A stretch of DNA of 64,000 bases from NCBI GenBank assembly GCA_013239625.1, contig MU054187.1, positions 11,553,231 to 11,617,230 on the forward strand. Direction: 5' to 3'. The stretch is from Lama guanicoe. Its lineage: Eukaryota. Position numbers and translations under genes: made by a program. Below are positions 1-14,049 of the stretch, piece after piece. The notes below the pieces were generated by a model. That model saw only the letters and a list, made by a program, of their open reading frames with translations. It did not search any database and was not told the origin of the DNA. Within the stretch, counting starts at the first letter, position 1. Every line of letters begins with the position of its first letter.

Positions 1-649
1 ACACCTACATAAGTATATCTACAATTACACTACACGCTATACTATGTAACAAAGTGCAACCACTATGCTCTAAACAGAAACATGCTTATATATGTGTGGA
101 TATATATCAATAACTGTATGTGTATGTATAATAACTTACTGATACGTTCTCATTCAGTACATAAATCATTCTGGCCATTGAGTTAACATTTGTTAATTCG
201 GTAACTAATGGCCTTCATTCAGAGCTTATCAGAGGAGCGAACTGTTGAAGCAAATTCAACCACTAACAGTCCCATTCAAAAAGTCCCCATCACGCCTCAC
301 TGCCCAATGTAAAAATTCTATTTGGAGTTCAAGGGTGGGACAAGTTGGCCAATCTACTGCCTGTACTCAGGGCTCCATGTGGACCGATGCGTAACAGGCC
401 TGGGCAGAGCCACCTCCCTTCCTCTGTGGCTCCCATGGTGCAACCCCCCGCCCCCACCTTTCTGTCTGAACTCTGCCCAGTCCTCCAGGCCCTGCCACGT
501 CCAGCACTGACCACCCTCACCTGAGTGCTCTCTCCCTCCTCAAAATCCCTGCAGACAATATACTGTCTATGCCAGTGGCCACAACTTTTCACTGCGCATC
601 CCACCAGTAAAAGGTTGTAAACCTGGACCCCCGGTGTACTTTTCAGTAA

Positions 650-1430
650 CAGACTGTGTAAGTACCATTCGTCTCCGTCTCACAGCTCAAATCTGGATCA
701 GTAAACCCTGCTGGTTCTACCAACAAACCATGCCCAATATGCAGCTCTTTCTCCGTGCCTTTACTGTGATCCAAGCCACCATCATCACCCGTCTGGAAAA
801 CTGCTCTGGGTTTTCCAGCGGGCATCCATGCCTCTGTCCTTACTTCCAACGTATTTCCAACACAGCCTTCTAAAGGAGCCTCTAGAAACACGAGCCAGAT
901 CACATCACTTCTTTGTTCACCCGCTCCAGTGTCTTCCCATTCCACTCCCAATAAAAAGCCAAAGTTCTTTTCTGTGGCTACTAGGACCTCCCACACGCTT
1001 GACCCACACCTATTATCCATTTGGTCTCCATCCCTCTCCTGTTCACTGGGTTCGAGGTGCACTGACCTCCTTACGCTTCATCCTTCCAGGAGCGGTGCCA
1101 TGTTAGTGTGTTAGTACTTGCTCTGGGCGGGGGTTTTTTGGGGTGGGGAGTGTGTGTGTGTGGGCATTGGTCTGCCCCTAGACAGCCACATGGCTCATTC
1201 CCTTACTTCCTCTAGGTAGTAACTCTGTTCCTTCTCACTGAGGCCCTACTGGGCGATGCTATCTAAAATCTACAACTCTTTCCCCGACTCTGCTGTATTT
1301 TTGTTCCCAGCATGTATCACTCCCTAATACACCATACATTGCCTTGGTTCATCTTATTTGTCACCTGTCCTCCCCGACTAGAACGGATGCTTCACACGGT
1401 GTCCCCCACACCCAGGTGTGCAGGAGGCAT
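650..1430 (+). mobile_element. L2 LINE fragment (old)
   Basis: L2-like motifs: ccaagccaccatcatcacc..., ccagatcacatcactt..., ttatttgtcacctgtcctcccc..actagaa..., caggtgtgcaggaggcatcaa. Confidence 0.65.
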
Positions 1431-1929
1431 CAACCCCATTCACTCCCGTTGTTCATGACCTTCAACTCTCCCAGTGAGTCTGAATCATCCACCATCATTA
1501 AGAACAGCGATGTCAGTGACACAGTTCTCCCTCAGTGTCTATCATCTCTTGAGACACTAGCTAATGACATAGATGTCCATCCATATTCATACAGTGAACT
1601 TGATAATTCCATGGTTTTGACTGTGTCTCATCAGATGTGATTACACCATCACTGGTTTTCTCTGGGAGGACTGGCTGTTCAACGAGCTAGCAACAGACAC
1701 ACACACGTGTAAGTTCCAATCCCGTCTTCCTGCCTGCCTCCCCACCTGAACGCTCTCACATACCCCCTAGGTTGTGCACAACTCCCCTTTGAGGGAGCAC
1801 TGGACCATTCCATTCTTCTGAGATGAAATGTACCCTGCTCTTTACTTCCACTTCTCCCTTCAAATATTTGTCTTCTCTTTTGAAGTAGCTCTTCCTCCTT
1901 GACAGGAGAAATCATACCATGTATAGTAC

Positions 1930-2180
1930 TATGCAGTAGTTAAAACGCAGGCTCCAGCCTTCTGGGGTTTATATCCCTGCTTCAGTTCTTCCTGACTGTG
2001 TGACGTTAGCCAGTTGCTTAACCTCTCTGAGCCTCAGTTTCCTCATCTGTAAAATTGGGATGGTAAAAGTACTTACTCAAGGGGCTGTTATAGGCATTAA
2101 CTGAGTTAATTTTTGTACAGCATGTGGAATATCTGGCACATGGTGAGGGCTATGTAAGACTATGCTGGTTTCATTGTTGT
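1930..2180 (+). mobile_element. MIR SINE
   Basis: Core tgtgtgacgttagccagttgcttaacctctctgagcctcagtttcctcatctgtaaaattgggatg. Confidence 0.9.
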
Positions 2181-2265
2181 TACTATTTTACAATAACTGA
2201 TGCACACAGTTTAGTGTTTGGGCATGGGAGGCATTCAATACATATTTATGGGTTGGTTACATATG

Positions 2266-2800
2266 TGTATCAACCATGTCTTTTATTTCCTGTATTCTTA
2301 CGTTTTGACATCTGAGGATTTACAGACCCCAGAGGGACTGCCCTTCCCAGGGTTAGCCAACCCCTAGAGATGGCAAACAACTCTAACAGTGAGAGTGCAC
2401 TTTTCAAATACAAACCAACCAATCCGGAGCCCCGACTCAAACCACCTCTTTTCCTGACTTCCCACTCCAGGCCACTATCCACCTCCCTAGTCCCCCAGAG
2501 GCCAGGAACCAGAACCAGGGACAGCGCCCGCACCCCGGAGCCCGCTGATATTCAGACTAGCCAGTCCTAAGCCAGCTCACCCGCAGGCCTCACCCATTCC
2601 TCCCTGGGGAAACGACAAATGAAGGCTGGAGCCCACGATCCCGCCCTCCCTCTACCTGCAGCTGCCGCTGCTGCTTCCTCGTGCGGCCCCGCGGTGTCAC
2701 GTGCCCCTTCTCGGCAACCGTCAGCCGCAGACTGTCTTTTCCCTGGCAATCGTCTCCTAACCTGTCGGCCTCGCTAAACCTCCAGTTTTCTATTCATACA
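2266..2800 (+). mobile_element. MER74-family (ERVL) solo LTR
   Basis: Starts tgtatcaaccatgtcttttatttcctgtattctt...gaccccagagggactgcccttcccagggttagccaa, matching the recalled MER74A 5' end; ends ...ataca. Confidence 0.75.
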
Positions 2801-3714
2801 CTGTGTTTTAGAACGACATCACGGCCACGGTTCCTCCAGTGCAGGACCTGCTTTCTCAGTGACCCACGTGGCGGTGAATGCTGCTGGGAATGGATGCTGA
2901 CAGGGGTTTAGATGACAAGTAAAATTTAGGCTCAGTGTCAGGACCTGGGATTGCCACCAGGATCGTCCCGCAGAGAAACGTCTTGCATCCTTGCCTCACA
3001 TGCCTACCAAACCCACCTGGGACACAGGCAGAGGAGGTCGCCCTCGAATGTGTCTCACAGCTACTACACAGACCAGGAGGATGTGAAACTCAAGCCACAT
3101 GTCACCGCGACACGGTAGCAATGACACCAGCTCTCACCCAACTTGCATCGTTTCTTGAAAATGAGCCAGGGCTCTCCCCGAGCACCAGGGCGCTGTGCGA
3201 CAGGGAAATCGTCCCTGGCGCATTCCTTCACTCACAGGCACAGGCAGATAAGAGACTTCTGATCTCGGTTATTTTGAGCAGCAAGCTTTTTTTTTTTTTC
3301 CTTTTAAGTGATTCAGTTATTTTGACACAGGCCTGACAGCAAAGGAACAGCTGCCACCGCAGTCAGGGAAGAATCTATCACTTTGCTGAAACATCCTGGT
3401 AGCATCTTAGGTCACAAATGAGAAAAGGATGGAAATGGATTTGAGTAGATTCGGAGTATTTTTTCCTCACTACCAGAGCGAGCAATAGTTGTTCTAAACT
3501 CACTCTCTTCATTTAGAAATATTTTCAAAGTAATTTGTATTGCAAAAGGGAACTCACAAGTGTACATGGAGGTAGTCAGTTGGATTTAATACCTGGGGCT
3601 TGGGAGGCATTTAAAACGTCAAATTGGGTCCCTGTGAGTGACCGCTGTCTATAAACTTAATCCAGTTCTCAGGAAGGACCACAAGAACAGCTACCATGAA
3701 AGCATGAAAAAAAA

Positions 3715-3820
3715 TTAGGTCAAATTTTTAAATAAAAAATTTTTATTTATAATTTTATTTATAATTTATATTACTTTATTTATAGTAAAATAATAAAAAT
3801 AAATTTTAATTATAATTTGA
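3715..3820. repeat. AT-rich low-complexity tract with internal inverted repeat
   Basis: Almost purely A/T; TAAATAAAAA-A-TTTTTATTTA at 3729-3749. Confidence 0.8.
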
Positions 3821-4314
3821 GGGCCAAAAATGTTTTACTGAAAGTTGAGAATGGAGTCCCTTCGAGCACAAACAGAAAATGCATAAGAGAATGATTAAAA
3901 TATTAACGACCTCATGAGAAACTTACTTTACTAGTTATCCAAAAAAATAGAAGCCGCGAACAATGAGATACCATCCTAACTAAATAAACTAGCAATGACT
4001 GGAACATGACAGCACTCAGCACAGATACAAAATCAGTGAATTGGTTATTTTCACCCACAGCTGGAGCAGAGCTACACAACTGGCACATGCCTTCAGACAG
4101 CAATTCACCATGTATATGATGATGACATGAATCACTGCATTCAGTGATTGTTAACTATGCTTTGAGACATAATGCAACTATTAATTTTAATGTTTACAAT
4201 ACGTTTTTATACCTTGAGGAAATACTCATTTGTAAAATTTAAGTGAAAAGAATACAAAATTGTTGACAGTGTTATCATGATTACATCAAAAAATACACTT
4301 AAAAAAGGCTGTGT

Positions 4315-5975
4315 ATGAAAAACCTACTAGGACTTATAAGTGAATTTAGCAAGATTGCAGAATACAAGATCAATACTTTAAAAATCAATCATGGTTCTAT
4401 ATATAAGCAACAGTCAGCAATTAATACCTTTTACAACAGAATCAAAAAAATTAAATACTTACAAATAAATCTAACAAAAGATGTGCAACATCTATACACT
4501 GAAAATTACAAAACATTGAAATTTTAAAAGATCCACATGTAACTGAGCTATTCTCCCAAAAGTGACCTGTAAATTCAATCCAACTCCAATCAATATCTGA
4601 GCAGAATTTTTGGAGAATGTGACAAATTGATTCTAAAATTCGTATAGAAATGCCAAAGCCAAAACAACTTTGAAAAGAGAACAAAGTTAAAGAAAAATGA
4701 TCACCTGATTTCAATACTTATTTATAAAGATTCTGTAATCAAGACGATGCAGCACTGGCTTAAAGATAGACAGATCAATGGAATAGAAAAAAAGTCCAGA
4801 AACAGACCCACACATATATATGGACAGCTGGCCTTTGATAAAGGTGTAAAAGTAATTCAATCAAAAAAGGATAGTCTTTTCAACAAATGGTACTGAAACC
4901 AGCAGATATCCATATTAAAAGTAATTGAAAATAGATCATTGACCTAAATGTAAAACTTAAAACTAGAAAACTTCTACAAGAAAACAATTAGGGAAAATAT
5001 TTTTCAACAGACACTTTACCAAAGAAGATCTGTGGATGGTAAATCAGCATCTGCAAGACATTCAGCATCAGCAGGGAAGTGCAAATTAAAACCATGATGA
5101 GATACCACCAAACTCCTATTCAAACGGCTAAATTAAGAAGATAAATTTTGCCAAGTATTGTTGAGGACGTCAAGTGACTAGAATTCTCATGCGCTGCTGA
5201 TGTGAAACATAAAATGATACAGACACTTTGGAAAACAGTTTGGTAGCATCTTAAGGAGTTAAACATAAAACTATCATACAATTCAACCATTTTACTCCTA
5301 GATAGCTTCACAGGAGAAACAAAAGCGTACGCCCATACAAAGAGTTGTATACAAATGCTCAGAGCAGCTTTATCTGTAGGAGCCAAGAACTAGAAACAAC
5401 CAAATGTCCATCAAGAAAGAGGTGAATGCATAACCTAGCTGTACTGTATGTATATTCATACAATGCAATCCTGTTTAGCAATACAAAGGAACTATTAATA
5501 CCCGCTAAAACATGGGTAAATCTCAAAATAATTATGCTAAGTGAAAGAAAGCAGACATAAAACAGTACATACTGTATGATCCAATTTATAAAATTCTAGA
5601 AAATGCAAACTAATCTAAAGTAATTAAAAAAAACAAAACAGTCCGTGGTGATTGGGGATGGGAGGGGACCAGGCAGAAGGGAGGAATTATAAAGAGGTTC
5701 AAGGAAGGTTTTGGCAATGTTGAGTATGTCCTGCAGTCTTGACTGTGGTGATGGTTTCATGGATACATATATACGCCAAACTTTATCAAATTATATACTT
5801 TAATTATGTGCAGTTTATTTTATGTCAACTTCTCAAGGGAAAAAAAAGAATTTTTCTAAAAGTGAGGTCTGATAATGGTTACACAGTTCTATAAATTTAC
5901 TAGAAATCATTGAATTATATTCTTCAACTGGGTAAATGTTATGGTATGTAAATTATGCATCAGAAAATCATTTAA
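4315..5975 (+). mobile_element. Old L1 (L1M-type) ORF2 3' remnant and 3' UTR, decayed
   Basis: Translation KNLLGLISEFSKIAEYKIN...IKYLQINLTKDVQHLYTENYKTL matches L1 ORF2; frameshifts and stops; L1 3' UTR follows. Confidence 0.9.
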
Positions 5976-5976
5976 A

Positions 5977-6312
5977 AAGACAGACAAATGTCATATGATA
6001 TCACTTATATGTGTAATCTAAAATATGAAACAGTACACCAGAACCTAACACAGCACTGTAAATCACTATATTTCAATTAAAAATATATATATAATACAAA
6101 AGAACTAATTTATATAACAGAAAAGAAAGCCATAGAACAGAAACTTATGGTTACCAAAGGGGAAAGCAGTGGGTGGGGGAAGGACAAACTAGGAGTTTGG
6201 GATTGACAGATGCAAGCTACTGTGTATAAAACAAACAACAAGGTCCTACTACACAGCACAGGGAACTACATTCAATACCATGTAATAAACTATAATGGAA
6301 AAGAAAAAAAAA
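5977..6312 (+). mobile_element. Cetartiodactyl-type L1 3' end
   Basis: gacaaatgtcatatgatatcacttatatgtg...ggttaccaaaggggaaag...aacaacaaggtcctactacacagcacagggaactacattcaata. Confidence 0.85.
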
Positions 6313-6770
6313 GATGAGAAGGAAACACTATATACTGAAAGTTGTTAGCTCAGGGTAGTGACATTACAGTGGGGTTTTTTTGCACTTTCTTTATAACTTT
6401 CCGTATTTTCAGTTTTTCTAACTGAATACAAATTTTAATAAACCAAAAAAATTTTTGAATATGTTTTCTGGAATTAGTGCTTTTACTTATTTAAGATACT
6501 AATAGCTAACAAATGCATCATCTTTGTGTATATTTATGATAAATATATTTTTAAAAACTGTAAGGAAGCCTTTACAAGTTAATGGACTTGTATTTGTTGT
6601 TATATCTTCAGCACCTCCCACAGGAGCACCTGACACATCATGAACACTGAGTGCATCTCTGATGAACGAGCACACAGTGTTTTTAAAGCAATCCTCCAAT
6701 TTTTCTTATGATTGATCTGCCCAATACTTCATGGTGACTTCTCCCAGGCTAAATTATTATATATATAATT

Positions 6771-7120
6771 AGGGGTCGGCAAATCCAGTAAACAAAGTTT
6801 TATTGGAACACAGCCCTATACATTCATTCCCATATTGTGTGTAACTACTTTCAACCACAGCAACAGAGTTGTAGTTGCTGCAAAGACCCTCAAACTGAAA
6901 TACTTACTATGCAGCCTTTCAGAGAAAAAGTTTGCCTGGGAGAGTGGGAGGTACAAACTGATGGGTGTAAGAAAGGTTACAAGGATGTACTGTATGACAC
7001 AGGAAATATAGTCAATATTTTGTAATAAATGTAAATGGAGGGCAACCTTTAAAAATTATATAACAAAAATTTTAACAGTTAATTTTTTAATTAAAAAAGG
7101 AAGAAGTTTGCCAGCCACTG
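6771..7120 (+). mobile_element. MER58A-like hAT-Charlie element interrupted by a short L1 3' fragment (6937-7100)
   Basis: aggggtcggcaaa...aaagttttattggaacacagcc...aaaagtttgcc; the L1 tail is flanked by a duplicated aagtttgcc. Confidence 0.75.
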
Positions 7121-8749
7121 TAGTAAATAATGGCAGTCATTTATTGCACGTTTACTATCAGCTAAATGTTTGCATATAATTTTTCTTTTTAATTTTCACC
7201 TCTGAGGTAGTTATAACTACCTAAGCTATGGATATAAATCACAGAAGTATTGGTGAAATTTTGCTTAAATGCACTTCTGGAAAAGCCACTTTTCTATATA
7301 TGTTTTATTTTATTTTTAACCAATTATCTATGTAGATTATAAAAGTAAAGGTAAGTAATATTTATATAAAAAATTCATTTGTAAAGTCCATCTTTTCAGG
7401 GTTGGCAATTTATCAAAGATTCAATTTTCAGATGAGAAAGCTGACTCCCTGAGCAGTTAAGTTTAAGGAGCCAGAAATTAGTAAGTGGTAAAGCCAAAAT
7501 TAAACTTTGGCTCCATCTGAAACCAAAGCTTATCTTCTCTCCATTTATGGACACATGTCTCTAAAATACAAAAAGAAAGCAACAAGAGTTTAATTATAAG
7601 AATTATATAGTTCTCTACTGCTGAAGAAATGAATCCCATTAGAGCTAAAAATCTCAAAATATTTTTGAAACTGTTAGTAGCAGGAGTTTTTTAAACATTC
7701 TAAATGAAAAAAAAGCTCACTATTTAAATTCCCTTCTCCAGTTTCATCCCGAATTGGCTGCCGTTAAGGATGGCAGAGAAATGTACATTAGCCGAGAAAT
7801 ACATTCCAAAGATGTCGTACGACATTTACTTCAGTAGTTACAGTGAAGACTCAGAAGAGGGTACCAGCTGTTAAGAGCAGATTAAATTTACCTCCTGGGA
7901 AGGGGAAGTCACTGCTAAGAAACACCTTCCAGGTAAACAGCCACAGGTAAGACACAGCTCCCGTTTGCTTTCCAGGCACTCAAAGAAGCATGACTTCTGT
8001 AGCAAAGATCCAAGTCTAGAGCAACACTCAGACACAAGTGGAATAATGTCATGTGCAAACGTCCCTACTGTCACCATCATCATGGCCATCCATTGGATTT
8101 CATAGACATTCAAATGATATAAACTTTTTAGGTCACCTTTAACGTTACTCTCCCCACCCTCCCCCATCAATCCACAGGATAGTTCTATCACAGTCAGACT
8201 GCTTGCACTAGGGTTCACTATAAAGCTTATTCTTGTATTTAGAGAAGGGTTCACAAAGTCTACAGTTACTGACAGGAGAACTAGTACCAAAAGATAACAT
8301 TGGGCATTTATTGCATGTAAGATGCTGCGCTAAATGCCTTTATATGTATTTTCTCACTTTATCTTCACAGCAACCTTATGAGGTAGGTACTATTATTGCC
8401 CTAATTTAAGGCATTCTCCTTTGTTGAACTATAATTCATTGTGAAGTGGAATAACTATCTTACAGAAACTACACTAGACACTTGACATCTTTTGGCCCAT
8501 TTGACACTAACAACTTCATGGGGAAAAACAGGAAAGGCAGTGCTGTTCTGGATCAACTCATGTAGGGAGCTTCCTGCCCAGGTGTAGGTATCAAACTCCA
8601 GCCCGGGAGAATTCATGCACTATGATACATCCACCTCTTCTTGTAAAGAGTAACTTTATTCTTTCTGACTCCTGACACATTTCTGATAAACTGAAATTCA
8701 GACCTATGCATGCCCTAAACTGACGTACCATTTCCTCCAATTAGAGTTC

Positions 8750-9225
8750 TGGTGGTTAATTTTGTGTGTCAGCTTGACTGGTCTATGGGATGCCCAGACA
8801 ATTGGCAGAACATTATTTCTGGGTGTGCCCATGAGCATGTTTTTAGAAGATTAGCATTTGAGTCAATAGGCTGAGTAAAGAGATCCACCCTCACCAATGT
8901 GGGTGGGCATCACCCAATCCTATAGGCCCTAATAGAAGGAAAAGGGCGGGCAGGCAAATTCTCTCTCCTCTTGAGCTGGGATAGCCATCTCCCCTTGCCC
9001 GCAGACATCAGACCTCTCGATTTTCAGGCTTTCAAACTCCAGGACTTAACACCAGCAGCCCCTCAATTCTCAGGCCTTTGGACTTGAACTGACTTACACC
9101 ACCAGCCTTCCTGGTTCTCCAGGCTGCAGAGGGCAGAGGGTGTGACTTCCCTAGTACCATGTGTGTCAATTCCTATAATAAATTTCCTCATGTACATATA
9201 GGCTTCTCTGGAGAACTCTAACACA
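8750..9225 (+). mobile_element. MLT2 (ERVL) solo LTR
   Basis: tggtggttaattttgtgtgtcagcttgactgg...cattatttctgggtgtg...ctctggagaactctaacaca. Confidence 0.85.
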
Positions 9226-10912
9226 GATTTGCTTCAAATATCTTCCTTCATGCCCTGTGATTATCATGATTAAGTCATATCCAGCCACTGACCTGCCTAT
9301 GCACCATGCTAATTAATCAAAATTGTCTGCGCTAGATAAGAACATGAATTCAGGTCCATGGGCCACAGCCCAAACCCTTGAGGCTGGATGTGTCCTGGAA
9401 TTAACAATTTTTCACATTTTACAAAAGTAAAGGGTGAGTGACGCTCTATATTATGTAACTCCCCCAGCAGAGTCTGGAACGGTGCTCCAAAATCAGACAT
9501 GCTATGACTTCTGTGACAAAATAAATGAACAGTCACACTAAGTGTGATTTTAAAACTAGCCCCTATCAGATCAGGCTGGGATTGGCCACGAAATGAGATG
9601 CAAAGCTACCTTTTGGATTTCAAAGATTTTAATAGAATGGGAAGTTTTAGTAGAGGAGCAGCAGCAGTAGAAAATGCTTGAAATTACCATGAGAACAGAT
9701 ATGAGGCACCAGCTTTACATCCCTCAAGAGTGTTTTACTAAACCGATAAAAGATTCCTTCCTGAACCATGAATCAAGCCCAGTATTGGTATTAGCCCTTT
9801 AGTTGCTCAGTCTCCTCCATCTGAACACTACTTCTACGTTTCTTTGATTCTAGGATTTCAGTATCATTAGAAATATACATATCAAGTCAGGAGGTAGATT
9901 TAAAGGGGAAAAAAAATCACATAATTTCAAATTATTTCAGGAGATTCAGACAGCCACAGGATGAACCCTTAGGTTACTCACTAGTTCTGCTCGTTCAACC
10001 AAAATGATATGTTGACGAACATCCCTTTCAGGCAGCTTCGCTTCTTTTAGTGAATGTCCCTATGATCACCCCATAATTCTGAAATTTGTGTTTATTCTGA
10101 TTACCACAACAAGGAAAAGCTTGATTTAAAACATAAAAGACAGTAAAAGAGCTCAAAGTATTCTTATTGGATTGGACAGTGACTTACTGAGTCCAAAACG
10201 AGCACAGAGTCCTGGGTAAATCTCATTACCTGTCCTAGGTCATGGTCACCATAAGCAGCTTAAGTGACCCGGGCTTCCTAACTGTTTACTCCACATTTAC
10301 CCTAGTAATTTGGATTAGTCCTCATCCAAACTCAGCCAGCTCCGCTTGAAAAACGCTGGCCTACATCACATCTTGCGGAATTTTTGTAAACGTGAGTCTC
10401 TAAGGGTCTCAAACATTGTCATGCATGAGACTATAGTGATGGTGGTAATCCCCTTACGTCTGGTGAACAGCTCACAATAACAAACCTGATATAAATTGAT
10501 TACACATGCAGTTATCATTTTCAACATGCATTTAGTTCACACAATAAATCAGACACCATAACAACATAATGTATAATCATTTTCTTCCTTAAATAAGATC
10601 CTTCCCTACTGTGCATCTTAATCACAGAACAAGGGAATCATTCCAACTAAAATCGTAGCCTTGGTACAACTTAAAATTATCTTCTCACTAATATGAAAGC
10701 TGCTGTAGCGAACATCTTAGGTTGGATTCCCCCAGAAGCAGACGTTAAGATAAGGATTTGAGTCCAAGCAGTTTAGCGTGATTCTGGAACGCATGCATAC
10801 TGAGTTTAGGGGTACCACACACAGTGCTGGTTCATCTAAATACCATCTGTCTCCGAAATACCCTCAAACATATATATTTATTTAGACACACATAATAGTC
10901 TATTTCAGTACA

Positions 10913-10940
10913 GTGTGTGTGTGTGTGTGTGTGTGTGTGT
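10913..10940. repeat. (GT)14 microsatellite
   Basis: Direct read. Confidence 0.95.
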
Positions 10941-11825
10941 TCCTTGCCCCAAGCAACACATTCTTTTTTCCAGCAGTAGAAATTGGCCTGGGACACAACA
11001 CTGTACCTCTTGGCCAATGAATCTCAGCCAATAACTGGGGTGAATATGTCTGCCCAGTGGCTGGCTTCTCTTTTGTCCATTTATGTGTGAACAACTTTGA
11101 CCCCTATTGTCCAAAGAAGAGTATACAAGTAACCCATGCTGGACTTGTGGCCCAAATAGACCTAGAAGGAGAATCAGCCTGGACGTGGAAAGGCAAGGAG
11201 GACCTGTAAGTTTCATGTAATCTTGACAGTCATCAAGGACATGGTCAAGGATACAGAGGGCGAAGCTCAGCAGGCGAGTGGGACTGAGGAAGGAAGCCCT
11301 GTGACAGTCTGAGGGCGTCATACACAGAACTGCAGCCCAGGAAGACTCAGGACAGAACCAAGGCCAGCGGCAGTCACAACTTCAAGGGATTTGAAGAGAA
11401 CTCAAAGCCATTGCCAAGGCTGCCATTACATGATTATGTCCCTTTCAAATGTTACTAACATCTTGTTAAAAAAAAAAAAAAGGAAAAATAGCAAAGGGCT
11501 GGGATCTCCCTGTTTCGCTGGCATCAAATGGTCCAAGCTGAGGCTTCCTATTCCTGCCCTCCGGTCCCCACATCCCAGAGGTTCTCTGATCGCATCTGCT
11601 CACTCGCTCTCTGCTCACTGGGAAGGGCCAGCCTTGGGTGTTGTGGGGTAAGTTTCAAGAAAGCACACACTGGCGGTGAGGACACACATATAGCCAGCCA
11701 GCATTATCGCTCTGCAGGAAGGGAGAAAGGGGAACGTGAGCTCTCTGCAAAACCAGGATGGCAGCCGTCAGGATAAAACAAGTGAGTGCTGTAAATTCAA
11801 CCCACGGATGTACCGAGTCAGGAGA

Positions 11826-12183
11826 TGTCCTTGTCTGCTCAGGCTGCCGTTGCAAAACGTCACAGACTGGCTGGCTGCAGCAACTGACCATTTCCTCAAA
11901 GTTCCGGAAACTAGAAGTCCAAGATCAAAGTGACCTCGGAGATGGCTTCCAGCGAGGGCTCTCTTCTGGCTTGCAGATGGCTGCTTTCTCACTGTCTTCA
12001 CATGGCCTTTCCTCCATGCACCTTCCTCTTCTTTCAAGGACACCAGTTTTACTAGATCAGGGTTCCAGCCTTTGACTTCATTAACCTTAGTTATTTCCAT
12101 AAAGTCCCTATCTCCAAATACAGTCACACTGGAGGTTAGAGCTTCAATATGAATTTTGGGGGGACACAATTCAGTCTATAACA
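11826..12183 (-). mobile_element. MLT1A-like MaLR solo LTR
   Basis: caggctgcc...cacagactgg...agaagtccaagatcaa...ctatctccaaatacagtcacact...gggggacacaattcagtctataaca. Confidence 0.85.
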
Positions 12184-12253
12184 GGAAGTGAGCGTCTTTT
12201 TTTAAAAAAAATCATTATATTGTTAAATTATAGTCATTGAAACTTGTGCTCTG

Positions 12254-12390
12254 GGCAGGGCAGGGGATAGCTCAGTGGCAGAGTGCATGCCTAGCAGGCA
12301 CACGGTCCTCAGTTCAATGCCCAATCTCTCTCTTTTAAAAAATAAACAAATAAATTAAAAACTTCAAACTACCTCCCCTCATTTAAAAAA
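12254..12390 (+). mobile_element. tRNA-derived camelid SINE (Vic-1-like)
   Basis: A box TAGCTCAGTGG, degenerate B box, A-rich tail with ctacctcccc; TSD ttgtgctctg. Confidence 0.85.
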
Positions 12391-13279
12391 ATTGTGCTCT
12401 GTTTGTTCACTAGAAGAAAAGTATTCAATTTATGACAAAGATTCAATACATTAAAAAGAAAATCTGGGATGAAATTCTCCCCTCCTTCCACGTCTGCAGT
12501 GCTGCCCCGCAGTCTTGCACAGAACACACAGCCAGCACTCACTATGTGCCAGGAACCGTGTGAGGTCCTTGGGCTCATGGAAGAGGACAGAAGCAGTAAC
12601 TTCCACAGGGAGCTCACGGTTCGGTGGGACAGCATCTGGGTCATAAACAACACAAGCATTTGCTTCCTGTCACTAAGATATTACTAGCTGGAGTTTATTT
12701 CATTTAAAAATATCCCATCCTCAACAATGTAATGGCTTTCTCTATGTAGTGAATTACGGAAGGTTCACTTTGCGAGATACTCAAGCAAATATTGATCTGA
12801 CCATTAAAGGAAGACTATCAGGATAAACAATACTATAAATAGCAAAGTTGAAAATAAAGTCAACAAGGAAAATAGCTAAATTGAAACTGTCTTTAATTGA
12901 AGCCTTTGTATTCTTACATCTATTTTTATCAAGTATTAAAGATACAAGAATTCATCAATCAACAACCCATAGATGACCCATCTTCTGCAGGACACTGGGC
13001 GCTAAAAAATGTAAGCACTCTCAGAAACATTACAATTTAGAGAGACAAGGGAAGCAGGTGCACTGTTCAAAGGCACAGAGACTAACACTGTTTCAAATAT
13101 AAGAAAAGCACAAGCCAGTGATTAACCGCCAAACAGAGCTACTGCAATTTACAAAAGCAAAACTGTGAACACTTTGGACAAAGATATATTCAAGGATGAG
13201 TAAAATTTAGATATAATGGGGACAGGAGAGCACATGAAGAAATATGGTAGGAAAATTCCATAAATAAGGTAATGAGTAG

Positions 13280-13700
13280 AATATTTGGGAAAGCCGGGAC
13301 AGAGCCATTGGGGAGAGCCTTCAACATCACGCCAGAAGATTAGATTTTATCCTCAGTAACGGGGAACCCGAGGAGCCCCTGGAAGTGTTCTAGCGAAGGA
13401 ATGATACAATCGAAGTATTATTTTAAGAACATCCATCTGGCATCACCATGTAAGGGTTGAAATAAGTCTGTAGACAAGAAAACCCCGATAGTCCAGGCGT
13501 GAAATGATAAGGATCTGAACTAGGCTGGGTGGGGGAGGGTCGTGTGAGAGGGATTTAGGAGAAAGAGAATTTACAAGACTTGGTAAGTTATAAGAAACCA
13601 AGAGATTCACTGGTCTTCACAACATGTGGGCAAGAGATGGAAAGAATCATTAACAAAATTAAAAAGTCAAGTTGGAAAGCTGGTTTCAGAGCAGGTAAAA
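13280..13700 (-). mobile_element. L2 fragment
   Basis: agattagattttatcc...ggaatgatacaatc...gtccaggcgtgaaatgataaggatctgaactagg. Confidence 0.6.
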
Positions 13701-14049
13701 TCCAACAGAAATTGATCACAAAATGGTGAGGCCAAAACAGCAATCATAGGATTTAGTGTTGACACAGGCACATACTCTTTTGGAGAATAATCATAATAAA
13801 TATGTCATTTTTACAATAGTATGAAAATATTTTTAATAGAACTTTTTCTGATCACAAAGCAATTCAAGTTCAAAGAAAACACACTTGGTACCAAAACAAA
13901 AACAAAAACAAAAACAAAACAACAAAAATCGCTCAGAATCCTGTTACCCAGAGATGACGATTCTAACACTGTGCTTTCCTTTCAGTGTTTTTTTTCAATG
14001 TTAATAACAAGAGACAAAGGAAGGAGACAGAAAGGAAAACATAGCTAAG

